DNA of 23,062 nt from Acaryochloris sp. IP29b_bin.176 (GTDB lineage: Bacteria; Cyanobacteriota; Cyanobacteriia; Thermosynechococcales; Thermosynechococcaceae), in assembly GCA_028285315.1 (NCBI GenBank), contig JANQPU010000030.1:1-23062 (forward strand). The letters are read 5' to 3'. Below are positions 10,155 through 18,848 of this stretch, piece after piece. The notes under the pieces were generated by a model. It searched no databases. It was not told where the DNA came from and worked only from the letters and a program-made list of their open reading frames with translations. How positions within the stretch are numbered: the stretch's first letter is position 1; each line of letters begins with the position of its first letter. Position numbers and translations under genes: made by a program.

Positions 10155-10751
10155 TTAAGCAATGGGTTCTTTGGGACGTTCTGGCAACTCCAGCACGGGG
10201 GCTGGTTCTTCGCCCACAATCGCCGTTTCCTCACCAATAATTGTTTCCCGACGAGCCAGGACCACTGCACCCACCAAGGCCATTAGCAGTAAAATCGATG
10301 CTAATTCGAAGGGCAACAAATAATCGCTGAAAAAATGGAGACCAATGGTCTCAACAGAGGAAGAAGGTGGACTCAAAGAGAGATCAACCGTCCAGTTGGT
10401 TTGCAACACCATCGTTGCCAGAAGTGTAAACAGGGCTAGCGACACGAACGCCGTTGAGATTTTACGAATCCATCGCCGAGGCAACGGCTTGAAAGCTTCC
10501 CGTTTATTCACTAGCATGATCGCAAACAGAATGAGCACATTCACCGCCCCGACATAAATGAGGATTTGGGCTGCAGAGACAAAATCAGCGTTCAGCAAAA
10601 TATAGAGTCCGGCAATACTGATAAACACAGCCCCTAGGGTAAAGGCTGAATACACAATGTTCTCAAATAAGACCACACCTAGGGCAGCAGCCAACATCAT
10701 GACAGACAAAAGAACGAGGGATACTAGCTGAACCCCTTCTGCTAGATTCAC
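10155..10751 (-). CDS. ndhG: NDH-1 subunit 6
   Basis: The sequence from (V/M)NLAEGVQLVS... matches the N-terminus of cyanobacterial NdhG as I remember it. A GTG start at 10751 gives 198 aa and begins 4 nt after the ndhI stop, with GGAGGG upstream. The 231-aa version in the ORF track would overlap ndhI by 95 nt. Confidence 0.88.
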   Translation of the reverse strand: MNLAEGVQLVSLVLLSVMMLAAALGVVLFENIVYSAFTLGAVFISIAGLYILLNADFVSAAQILIYVGAVNVLILFAIMLVNKREAFKPLPRRWIRKISTAFVSLALFTLLATMVLQTNWTVDLSLSPPSSSVETIGLHFFSDYLLPFELASILLLMALVGAVVLARRETIIGEETAIVGEEPAPVLELPERPKEPIA

Positions 10752-10755
10752 TGAT

Positions 10756-11358
10756 TTAGCCCTCCTTAGTTTCTGGTTTAGGTGTGCTAGCGACAATCTC
10801 AGCTGGTGTCTGCCCTGCTCGGGATTCCGTATGATCAATGTTATGGCCATCTATCTCTGACTCCGGCAAGTAGGCAAACTCGCGAATGGGGGTCACCATT
10901 GGATCCTGGGTTACTTTATAAGGTAAGCGCCCCATAGCGACGCTATCGAAGTTCAGCTCATGGCGATCAAAGGTGGATAGTTCATATTCTTCGGTAACCG
11001 ACAGACAATTGGTGGGACAGTATTCCACACAGTTGGCACAGAAAATACAGACTCCAAAATCGATGCTGTAGTGCTTAAGCTGTTTCTTCTTAATTTCCTT
11101 ATTAAATTCCCAATCCACTACGGGCAGATTAATCGGGCAGACCCGAACGCATACTTCGCAAGAGATGCACTTATCAAACTCAAAGTGAATGCGACCGCGA
11201 AAACGCTCGGACGGGATCAGCTTCTCATAGGGATACTGCACCGTAATGGGACGGCGCTTCATATGGTCGAAGGTCACCGATAGACCTTGACCAATGTAAC
11301 GGGCTGCCTGGATGGATTCTTTCCCGTAACTGGTGACTTGATTTAGAAACTTGAGCAT
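10756..11358 (-). CDS. ndhI: NDH-1 subunit I (2x[4Fe-4S] ferredoxin-type)
   Basis: Two CxxCxxCxxxCP motifs are present ([12 protein letters not shown] and [12 protein letters not shown]). The N-terminus is conserved ([15 protein letters not shown]). Confidence 0.95.
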   Translation of the reverse strand: MLKFLNQVTSYGKESIQAARYIGQGLSVTFDHMKRRPITVQYPYEKLIPSERFRGRIHFEFDKCISCEVCVRVCPINLPVVDWEFNKEIKKKQLKHYSIDFGVCIFCANCVEYCPTNCLSVTEEYELSTFDRHELNFDSVAMGRLPYKVTQDPMVTPIREFAYLPESEIDGHNIDHTESRAGQTPAEIVASTPKPETKEG

Positions 11359-11432
11359 GGGTGTTCACTCTCAGATGTCGGCAGATAAAGGTTGGCGCTA
11401 ACTAAAGCTTAAAAAATTTGCCTGAAAAATGC

Positions 11433-12551
11433 TTATCCACCAAAGGCAAAGGGAAACGCTAATTTCAAACCAGCGGTGATTAGTAGATTCACTAAGCCCA
11501 CAGGCAGCAAAAATTTCCAACCAAAATCCAAAAGTTGGTCAATGCGAACACGAGGCACAGTCCAACGTAGCAAAATCGCCAGAAATAAGAAGAAATAGGC
11601 TTTCAGGAGGGTCATTACCAACCCTAAGCCTGCCGTCACCAATTCAAAAATGGCATTGTTGGGATCGACATTAATCCAGTCGGCAATCATGGTAGCCGGG
11701 ATGGGCAAGTCCCAGCCGCCAAAGTAGAGAACGGCCACTAAAATTGAAGACAGCACCAAGTTAACGTAGGACCCCAAATAAAACAGAGCAAACTTCATGC
11801 CTGCATACTCGGTTTGATAGCCCGCCACCAGTTCTTCTTCGGCTTCGGGTAAGTCAAAGGGCATCCGTTCGCATTCAGCCAGGGCCGCAATCCAAAACAG
11901 TAAAAAGCCAAAAGGGTTACGGAAAATATACCAGCCAAAAATGCCATGCCCGGACTGCTGATTGACGATGTCAATCGTGCTGAGACTATTCGAGATCATC
12001 ACCACCGCCAGCACCGCTAGGGCTAGAGGAATCTCATAGCTAATGGACTGGGCCGCTGCCCTGAGTCCACCGAGGAGGGAATACTTATTATTAGAGGAAT
12101 AGCCTGACATTAACAAGCCAATCGGCGCGATGCTAGACAGAGCAATCCAGAAAAAGATGCCAATCCCCAAATCCGTAATCAGAATATTCTGGCCAAAGGG
12201 GACAATCAGGTAGGAGAAAAAGACTGGAATCACCACCATGATTGGTCCCAAGGTGAAGAGCAAGGGGTCCGTGTTGGCGGGCACGACATCTTCCTTGAAG
12301 ACAAGTTTGATCCCATCTGCCACCGGAGCCAAGATGCCTAATGGGCCGATATATTCAGGGCCAATTCGTTGCTGAGCCGCCGCTGAAATTTTCCGTTCTA
12401 GCCAGACCGAAACTAGTACACCCACTGTTGCACCGATAATCATCAACAACATGGGTATGGGGAGCCAAATCGTCTTGGCGACACCGGGGGTTAACCCCAA
12501 TTCCATCAAAGTTTCGACAAAGCGCTGTTCAAGATCAATACCTGGGTTCAT
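11433..12551 (-). CDS. ndhA: NDH-1 subunit 1 (NuoH homologue)
   Basis: 372-aa polytopic protein with [18 protein letters not shown] and [18 protein letters not shown] strings. Confidence 0.95.
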   Translation of the reverse strand: MNPGIDLEQRFVETLMELGLTPGVAKTIWLPIPMLLMIIGATVGVLVSVWLERKISAAAQQRIGPEYIGPLGILAPVADGIKLVFKEDVVPANTDPLLFTLGPIMVVIPVFFSYLIVPFGQNILITDLGIGIFFWIALSSIAPIGLLMSGYSSNNKYSLLGGLRAAAQSISYEIPLALAVLAVVMISNSLSTIDIVNQQSGHGIFGWYIFRNPFGFLLFWIAALAECERMPFDLPEAEEELVAGYQTEYAGMKFALFYLGSYVNLVLSSILVAVLYFGGWDLPIPATMIADWINVDPNNAIFELVTAGLGLVMTLLKAYFFLFLAILLRWTVPRVRIDQLLDFGWKFLLPVGLVNLLITAGLKLAFPFAFGG

Positions 12552-12671
12552 TAGCAGCCCATTCTTACCGAATTTATAATTTGTAAAGTTTCTTGATGCC
12601 TAAACCAGTATATACGGCCAAGACAGTTTCTTGGAGAATAATTTCACGCTCCAACGTCCAGCGTATTGAAG

Positions 12672-12700
12672 AGTTTAGTAAGACAATTGATTCTAGTCAA
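12672..12700 (-). promoter_or_regulatory. Candidate sigma70-type promoter upstream of ndhA
   Basis: On the - strand, TTGACT (12700-12695), a 17-nt spacer, then TAAACT (12677-12672). It lies in the 157-bp gltA-ndhA gap. This is a sequence match only. Confidence 0.25.
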
Positions 12701-12708
12701 TGCCTGCC

Positions 12709-13845
12709 CTAACGGCTTTCTGGTGTGATATAAGGTAAACCATGCTCACCCACGTAAACTTGGCTAGGTCGATAGATGCGGTTGGTTTCGAGCTGTTCTC
12801 GCCAGTGGGCTAACCAACCAGCCACTCGTGCGATCGCAAAGATGGGTGTAAATAAATCGGTGGGAATGCCCAGCTTTTGGTAGACCAGCCCAGAGTAGAA
12901 ATCAACATTGGGATAAATACCTTTACTCCCCAATTTTTCGGCCACGGCTTTTTCTAACGCTAAGGCAATCTCATAAGCTGGGTCACCCCCCGTACGGGCA
13001 AACAGCTCTTCGGCTAATTTTTGCAAAATCTTGGCTCGGGGATCCTTGACCTTATAGACCCGATGTCCAAACCCCATGATCTTAGACTTGGTTGCCAGCT
13101 TCTCTTCTAAGAAAGGTTGAACCTTCTCAACAGAGCCAATTTCGGCCAGCATCGTGATTACTTCTTCGTTGGCACCGCCATGCAGAGGACCCGCCAAGGT
13201 GCCGACTGCTGAGGCCACAATTGCATAGGGATCAGTCAATGTAGACGCTGTCACCCGAGCTGAGAAGGTAGAGGCGTTCATGGTATGTTCCGCATGCAGA
13301 ATCAGGCAGATGTCAAATACATGGGCCAAAAAGGGATCGGGCTCCTGCTCATTCAACATATAGAGAAAATTCGCGGCATAGCTCAGATCGTCCCGAGGCT
13401 GAACAGGGTCGTTCCCCTTACGAATATGCTCAAAGGCCGCCACCATTGTCGGGATCTTTGCCAGTAAACGGACCACAGCTCCACGGATATAGGCGGGATC
13501 ATCCAAAGCCCGTCGAGAGTAGAATAGTCCGAGGGCTGCGGCTGACGCCTGCAAGGCATCCATGGGATGACCACTTTCAGGGAAGCATTTCATCATGTCC
13601 CGGATGCGATATTTGATGCGGCGGTGGTGGGTAATGTCCTCTTGGAATGCCTCTAAATCATCGGCTTTGGGAAATTTTCCCCAAATCAACAGATAAGCCG
13701 TTTCTAAAAAACTACTTTTTTCCGCTAAGGCTTCAATGGGAACGCCGCGATATTCCAGTTTGCCAACTTGACCATTAACAAAGCTGACCTGGGATTGAGC
13801 AGCAGGAATGCCTTCTAAACCGGGTTGAAATTCACAAGCGACCAT
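12709..13845 (-). CDS. gltA: Citrate synthase
   Basis: LHGGANEEV, MGFGHRVYKVKDPRA and NVDFYSG motifs. I prefer the ATG at 13845 (MVACEFQPGLEGIPA...), which is where relatives begin. The ORF-track start at 13887 adds 14 non-conserved residues. Confidence 0.9.
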   Translation of the reverse strand: MVACEFQPGLEGIPAAQSQVSFVNGQVGKLEYRGVPIEALAEKSSFLETAYLLIWGKFPKADDLEAFQEDITHHRRIKYRIRDMMKCFPESGHPMDALQASAAALGLFYSRRALDDPAYIRGAVVRLLAKIPTMVAAFEHIRKGNDPVQPRDDLSYAANFLYMLNEQEPDPFLAHVFDICLILHAEHTMNASTFSARVTASTLTDPYAIVASAVGTLAGPLHGGANEEVITMLAEIGSVEKVQPFLEEKLATKSKIMGFGHRVYKVKDPRAKILQKLAEELFARTGGDPAYEIALALEKAVAEKLGSKGIYPNVDFYSGLVYQKLGIPTDLFTPIFAIARVAGWLAHWREQLETNRIYRPSQVYVGEHGLPYITPESR

Positions 13846-13932
13846 AGTATCTCTGAGGTGAAGATGAACACATCGCCGAGCCACCACAATGAGTTGAGGG
13901 GGAAATGGACTAGGCGAAGGTTTTTTTGGGCT

Positions 13933-14436
13933 CTAAAGCAGCACTTTAGGAGCAGTCAACCAAAACAGGGTGCTTTGTCCTACAAGATTGTTATCCTCTG
14001 GTAGGAGTAGTCCAATCATACCAGCCTTCTTCAAAACCAGTTGCTGACGGGGTTGTCCCCAAACTAAGATTTCTGCCCATTCGCTCAAGTTGGGCTCATG
14101 TCCCACTAAGGCTAAGTGAGTCAAACCTTGTTTTCGCCAGGTTTCCAACCAAGGCAACCAGTCCTGCCAGCTCCCGCTGGGACTCAGTAAATCAGATACA
14201 TGGATCGCACTCACTAATCCCTGTCGCTGGAGAATCTCGGCAGTCTGGTGGGCGCGCGCTAGAGGACTGGTTTGTAAGTAATCAAAACGCAAACCGAGAG
14301 CCTGCAGTCGTTGAGCCACTTTCTGGGTCTTTTGTCGGCCTTTAGCCGTTAATGCCTGCTGTTCATCTGGAAAATGGAGCCGCCGTTCTTCAGCAATTCC
14401 ATGCCGAATCAAATAGAGTTTCAAAGGCTGTGCCAT
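13933..14436 (-). CDS. sixA: SixA-type phosphohistidine phosphatase (histidine phosphatase superfamily)
   Basis: N-terminal LYLIRHGIAE (RHG catalytic motif), SPLARAHQTAE and LVGHEPNLSE, 167 aa. Confidence 0.8.
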   Translation of the reverse strand: MAQPLKLYLIRHGIAEERRLHFPDEQQALTAKGRQKTQKVAQRLQALGLRFDYLQTSPLARAHQTAEILQRQGLVSAIHVSDLLSPSGSWQDWLPWLETWRKQGLTHLALVGHEPNLSEWAEILVWGQPRQQLVLKKAGMIGLLLPEDNNLVGQSTLFWLTAPKVLL

Positions 14437-14738
14437 TAGGTCCAGTCTTCTTTCTTATTAGTCCGTACCGTGTAAATACTTTGAGTGGCGTGGATCTCAC
14501 GGGTTTTTTGAAACAACTGGTCTTCGGTGAGTTCCCATTTCTCCAACAGCTTATCAAGATCCTTTTGAATATCCCGACTGCCCGGAAACCCGGTATAACG
14601 AATGCGCAGACGAGCCAATTCAGCCAAGTTGAGATCGTTGGGATCTTCTCTTAATAGACGATTGAGGGTATTGCGATCGCGATCTTGCTGCGGATGACGT
14701 TGATCTTTTTGACTCAGTTTTATGTTAGCAGAAGACAT
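14436..14738 (-). CDS. Conserved cyanobacterial small protein (resembles DUF3288 from memory)
   Basis: 100-aa hydrophilic ORF with LNLAELARLRIRYTGFPGSRDIQKDL. Its stop and the sixA start overlap as TAATG at 14434-14438, which suggests co-translation. Confidence 0.6.
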   Translation of the reverse strand: MSSANIKLSQKDQRHPQQDRDRNTLNRLLREDPNDLNLAELARLRIRYTGFPGSRDIQKDLDKLLEKWELTEDQLFQKTREIHATQSIYTVRTNKKEDWT

Positions 14739-14830
14739 TGGATAGACTGTTTACTGTCGGATAAAAATGCTCGACCCTAATCATAACCGCCCTGTTAAGG
14801 ATTCTGGCTAGAAGCCTAGTATTTTAATCC

Positions 14831-15112
14831 TTGTCGATAAAACTGGACATTGATCATGACTCAATCAACGCTCAATCAATAGCATCGCAGACGACAGCAG
14901 TGACTGAAAATATTCGACATAACGAAAAAAATATTGATTTACTGCGTCAGGAACTCACCTGCTTTCGACGAGAAATGAATAACCGATTCAATGCCATAGA
15001 CGGCAGATTTAAAACAATCGATGCAAAATTCAATACCGTCTATATGCTAATTGTCGGCACTATCCTTGCACCTTTTCTTTTGAGACTGTTGGAGAAATAC
15101 ACCGATTTTTAG
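14831..15112 (+). CDS. Hypothetical coiled-coil protein with a C-terminal TM anchor
   Basis: Heptad-like NRFNAIDGRFKTIDAKFNTV repeats are followed by MLIVGTILAPFLLRLL. There is no in-frame ATG before residue 49, so the start would be TTG at 14831 or GTG at 14900. No obvious SD. Confidence 0.4.
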   Translation: MSIKLDIDHDSINAQSIASQTTAVTENIRHNEKNIDLLRQELTCFRREMNNRFNAIDGRFKTIDAKFNTVYMLIVGTILAPFLLRLLEKYTDF

Positions 15113-15350
15113 GAGGAGGAGTTTACGAAAGTTATAGGACTATTCTTGGACAACACTTGCCGTAGAAACTACTCTGCACATCTGAGGGTTTTCAGTTGTG
15201 AGTTCCAGGAGTTGCAATTGGATGTATCTAAACGCTTGGGCAATACCAGATCTTAAGAAAATAATTCGGAAATCTAGATCATTGGTGAAGCAGCTTAGAC
15301 TTATTAACTCGTCGTCTCGGCTAGTTGACGGAGCGATGTGACACGTAGCC

Positions 15351-15378
15351 TTGTATTCATCGACTACTTTGCTATACT
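15351..15378 (+). promoter_or_regulatory. Candidate sigma70-type promoter of serC
   Basis: TTGTAT (15351-15356), a 16-nt spacer, then TATACT (15373-15378), 15 nt before the serC ATG. This is a sequence match only. Confidence 0.3.
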
Positions 15379-15393
15379 CTTGCAAAATTTGAT

Positions 15394-16554
15394 ATGACTC
15401 CCCAGCCCAATCAACGCCCTCTACGTCCTTACTTTTCTTCAGGCCCTTGCTCCAAGCGTCCGGGTTGGAATTTGGAAGCCCTTAATAATGCTTTGGTGGG
15501 GCGCTCCCATCGGTCTGGACCTGGAAAAGCCCGCCTGAAAGAGGTGATTGAGCGAACTAAGACTGTTCTCGGTATCCCTGAAGACTATCTGTGTGGGATT
15601 GTCCCTGCTTCCGATACAGGAGCCGTGGAAATGGCTATGTGGTCCCTTTTAGGGGCTCGTGGCGTTGACATGGTGGCTTGGGAGAGTTTTGGCTCTGGCT
15701 GGGTCACGGATGTGCAAAAACAGTTAAAACTACCGGATTGCCGCATCATCAAGGCCGAGTATGGCCACTTGCCGGATCTGTCGCAACTGGATTGCGATCG
15801 CGACATTGTCTTCACCTGGAATGGCACCACCTCTGGGGTCAAAGTTCCTCACGGCGACTGGATTGCGGATAATCGTCAGGGGCTTACCATTGCTGATGCC
15901 ACCTCTGCGGTCTTTGCTATGGATATCCCTTGGACCAAACTCGACGTGGTTACCTGGTCCTGGCAAAAAGTGATGGGGGGCGAAGCGGCCCACGGCATGT
16001 TAGTCCTCGGTCCTCGTGCTGTAGAGCGGTTGGAGTCCTATACCCCGGCTTGGCCTCTACCTAAGATCTTCCAGTTGACGAAAGGCGGCAAATTAAATGC
16101 TGCCATCTTTCAAGGCTCAACGATTAATACTCCCTCCATGCTTTGTGTGGAAGATGCCTTAGATGGGCTGAAATGGGCTGAGAGTCTGGGGGGTGTGTCG
16201 GCATTGATGGCGCGATCTCAAGCCAATCTCACTGCTATCACCCACTGGGTTAACCAAACCGCCTGGGTGGATTTCTTAGCCGTCGATCCAGCAACCCGCT
16301 CTAATACTTCGATTTGCCTTAAAATTGTCGATCCTTGGTATATGGCCCTTGCTGCTGAAGATCAAGCCAAGGGGGCTAAGCAGTTGGCCTCTCTTCTGGA
16401 TAAGGAGGGGGTTGCCTATGATATTGGTTCCTACCGCGATGCTCCGCCAGGACTGAGAATTTGGGGCGGAGCCACGGTAGATACAGCTGATATTAAAGCG
16501 TTAACACCCTGGTTGGATTGGGCTTATGAGCAAATGAAAGCGAATCACTGTTAA
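15394..16554 (+). CDS. serC: Phosphoserine aminotransferase (long SerC type)
   Basis: [15 protein letters not shown]-terminus, [38 protein letters not shown] (PLP Lys in SWQK), [10 protein letters not shown], 386 aa. Confidence 0.88.
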   Translation: MTPQPNQRPLRPYFSSGPCSKRPGWNLEALNNALVGRSHRSGPGKARLKEVIERTKTVLGIPEDYLCGIVPASDTGAVEMAMWSLLGARGVDMVAWESFGSGWVTDVQKQLKLPDCRIIKAEYGHLPDLSQLDCDRDIVFTWNGTTSGVKVPHGDWIADNRQGLTIADATSAVFAMDIPWTKLDVVTWSWQKVMGGEAAHGMLVLGPRAVERLESYTPAWPLPKIFQLTKGGKLNAAIFQGSTINTPSMLCVEDALDGLKWAESLGGVSALMARSQANLTAITHWVNQTAWVDFLAVDPATRSNTSICLKIVDPWYMALAAEDQAKGAKQLASLLDKEGVAYDIGSYRDAPPGLRIWGGATVDTADIKALTPWLDWAYEQMKANHC

Positions 16555-16588
16555 AACAAGCTGTAATTCCCGCATACTAATTGCTCTG

Positions 16589-16616
16589 ATCAGTAATCTG
16601 TCTTGAACTGATTTTT
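16589..16616 (+). terminator. Weak candidate intrinsic terminator after serC
   Basis: A 6-bp AT-rich stem ATCAGT/ACTGAT (16589-16594 and 16607-16612) with a 12-nt loop, followed by TTTTT (16612-16616). The stem is weak. Confidence 0.25.
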
Positions 16617-16636
16617 AAGAAATAATTTGCTACCAA

Positions 16637-16736
16637 ATCCCAGTTCGGGTTAAGCCCATTTTTGAGACGCTTCTACGGAAGAATGTAGACTTCAGCCTAC
16701 GCAAGAATAAAATTTCAGCTTATCCCGAACTCAGGT
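16637..16736. mobile_element. MITE-like non-autonomous element, copy A
   Basis: This 100-bp element is roughly nine-tenths identical (hand alignment) to 18231-18331. Its terminal inverted repeats are ATCCCAGTTCGGGTTAAGC and GCTTATCCCGAACTCAGGT. It is flanked by the direct repeat TACCAA (16631-16636 and 16737-16742). Confidence 0.7.
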
Positions 16737-17127
16737 TACCAATGTGAGTTGCTGTTCAAAGGAACAACTTCTAATATTGAGTATTAGCTTCTTATCGCAA
16801 TTACTTTCGATTGGAAGGTATTACACGGTACTCTGATGTATAAAACCTCGTAGTTTGGGACCTACTGTACTAAATAAATGTCAGGAATTAAACGTAGTAG
16901 TGGAGAAAGATCTAATTATTATTCTGAGTCCAAATATACGAATTGGTCTCAATATAATCCCTTTGATCTAGAAATATCTTCACTTCCTGAGCATGTAAGA
17001 CCTGAAATTAGTCTAAAAAGAGACTCGGCATTAATCTCAACCTATGTTCGCTCGTAGCAGTGTCTTTTGGTTAAAGAACGGCTTATTATGAAGGAAAGTT
17101 AAGCAAACTGTTTGATATCAATCTGCC

Positions 17128-18030
17128 ATGACTACTCAGGTACAAACCAGCCCACCTATTGAAACCAAAACTTGGATTTGGCGAGGTTATCGGATCCAAT
17201 ACACCGTCGAAGGCACCGGACAGCCGATGGTTCTCGTTCATGGGTTTGGTGCTTGTATCGGTCACTGGCGCAAAAATATTCCTGAACTGGCTGCTGCGGG
17301 TTATCAAGTGTGGAGCCTGGATCTACTGGGGTTTGGCGACTCTGATATGCCTGCGATTGACTACACCCTAGAGGTTTGGCAAGACCTCTTCAAGGACTTT
17401 TGGGAGGAGTTCATCCAAACCCCTGCGGTCTGGATTGGTAATTCCATTGGTGGCTTACTGGTGTTGATGATATTGGCCGATTATCCCCACATGGGTACTA
17501 GTGGTGTGTTGCTGAACTCGGCAGGGAGTATGAATATTCGTCGAGAAGAGGCCATCTTGCCGCTACGGATCGTGATGGGGCCGATGCGGATGATGATGCG
17601 GTCCAAATTTTTGGGTCCCTTATTCTTCAATCAAGTACGAGGTAAGCGCGCCATTCGTAATTCCCTATCTCAAATCTACGGCAACAAAGAAGCAATAACC
17701 GATGAGCTAGTGGATATGCTCCATCAACCATCCTGCCGAGAGGGAGCCTGTGATGTGTTTATGTCTGTGTTGACTGGACCTCCAGGGCCTCGTCCCACCG
17801 AACTGCTGCCTCGGATTAAGCAACCCCTTCTCCTTCTCTGGGGTGAAGATGATCCGTGGGCTGCGTTGCGCACGGCCAAAGTCTATCGGGATTTGAGTGC
17901 TGATCCGAATGCTGAGCCCAAAGTCACCTTTGAAATCATTGCCAAAACTGGGCATTGCCCCCACGATGAGCGGCCTGAAATCATCAATCCGATGATTATC
18001 AACTGGCTGAAGGATCAGCCAGCGGCCTAA
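17128..18030 (+). CDS. Alpha/beta-fold hydrolase
   Basis: [13 protein letters not shown] (oxyanion region), nucleophile elbow GNSIGG and C-terminal [10 protein letters not shown] (catalytic His), 300 aa. Confidence 0.85.
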   Translation: MTTQVQTSPPIETKTWIWRGYRIQYTVEGTGQPMVLVHGFGACIGHWRKNIPELAAAGYQVWSLDLLGFGDSDMPAIDYTLEVWQDLFKDFWEEFIQTPAVWIGNSIGGLLVLMILADYPHMGTSGVLLNSAGSMNIRREEAILPLRIVMGPMRMMMRSKFLGPLFFNQVRGKRAIRNSLSQIYGNKEAITDELVDMLHQPSCREGACDVFMSVLTGPPGPRPTELLPRIKQPLLLLWGEDDPWAALRTAKVYRDLSADPNAEPKVTFEIIAKTGHCPHDERPEIINPMIINWLKDQPAA

Positions 18031-18629
18031 ACCCTCAAAGTTTTACCATTACTCGCAATCACTTGTTTGTACCAGTAGGCAGAGTCCTTAAGAGTTCGCT
18101 GTTGGCTGTCGTAATCCACGTAAATGAGGCCGAACCGTTTATCGTAGCCAAATACCCATTCAAAGTTATCTATGATTGACCAGAGAAAGTAGCCTCTGGC
18201 ATCGACGCCGTTGCCAATAGCGTAACTATAACCCCAGTTCGGGTTAAGCCCATTTTTGAGACTCTTCTACGAAAGAATGCAGGTTTCAGCCTACGCAAGA
18301 ATAGGGGTTTTAGCTTATCCCGAACTCAGGTTAACTATAGGCTTGTAAATATCGGGTCAAGAAATCAATGCGTTGCGGGCCATGGATATGACCATTGGCG
18401 TAAACCCAGTCGCAGTTGGCCATGCCGTTTTCCGTAATTATGAGGACAGCTGATACCGCTCATAGATAAAACGGGGTCCCCAATAGAGGGCTTCTGGGGT
18501 GATAGGCCAATCCATGGTTGTCCGGGGATAGGAGGGCACAGGAGTTGTTCCCCTTTAGCTTTGGCCCTCCCCTTCAATTTGATAGCTGTCGGCAGCTGCT
18601 CCCCAGACAAACTGATTGGGAAATGGCAT
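18027..18629 (-). pseudogene. Remnant of a GH1 beta-glucosidase gene (internal deletion, stop, frameshift and MITE insertion)
   Basis: On the - strand, MPFPNQFVWGAAADSYQIEG (from the ATG at 18629) runs into a TAA at 18557-18555. [22 protein letters not shown] follows, then a frame change to [14 protein letters not shown]...PQRIDFLTRYLQA (ITENG at 18438-18424). Next comes the MITE, then [37 protein letters not shown]...*, with the stop at 18029-18027. Only about 600 bp remain of a gene expected to be about 1.35 kb. Confidence 0.8.
18231..18331. mobile_element. MITE-like non-autonomous element, copy B, inserted in the GH1 remnant
   Basis: This 101-bp element has TIRs ACCCCAGTTCGGGTTAAGC and GCTTATCCCGAACTCAGGT. 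It is flanked by a perfect 8-bp direct repeat TAACTATA (18223-18230 and 18332-18339). Removing the element plus one repeat copy restores ...[19 protein letters not shown]... in frame. Confidence 0.85.
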
Positions 18630-18848
18630 TATCGTCTCCTAGCATCGCAACGACCCTGATTTAGCATAGGGTAACTTTTCTGTGCTGCAGGTGCCTCAAC
18701 TAGTGTCAAAGCCACCCGCGATTTCGCTCAATCCTCATAGTGGTCAACTTTTGTGACTAGGTTCAAGTTATTGATGTGACATGTCTCACTGAGTGGCCCT
18801 AGTAAAGCTGGCATTGTCTAGACATAGATGTTCTGGGGATAGCCCAAG

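Noticed and set aside
9175-10557. ORFs 9175-9363 (-), 9648-9857 (+), 9858-10055 (+), 10345-10557 (+)
   Set aside because: They overlap the rhomboid, ndhE or ndhG genes in other frames or strands.
11071-11283. 70-aa + strand ORF
   Set aside because: It is antisense within ndhI.
13285-13887. ORFs 13285-13467 (+) and 13383-13574 (-), and the 14-codon N-terminal extension of gltA (13846-13887)
   Set aside because: The first two are nested in gltA. The extension (MVARRCVHLHLRDT) is not citrate-synthase-like, and a second Met sits exactly where relatives start. The longer start is not strictly excluded.
14352-14654. 100-aa + strand ORF
   Set aside because: It is antisense across the sixA/DUF3288-like junction, and both of those genes have motif support.
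15140-15385. 81-aa - strand ORF head-to-head with serC
   Set aside because: It has only a TTG start, located 8 nt from the serC ATG. The region contains the candidate serC promoter, and I recognise no family. It is more likely non-coding.
15585-15993. Four nested ORFs inside serC
   Set aside because: They are alternative-frame or antisense shadows of a well-supported gene.
17086-17964. ORFs 17086-17307 (-), 17159-17371 (+), 17707-17964 (-)
   Set aside because: They are nested in, or antisense to, the alpha/beta hydrolase gene.
18365-18610. 81-aa - strand ORF
   Set aside because: It is an out-of-frame reading through the GH1 remnant. The GH1-like residues lie in the other two - strand frames.
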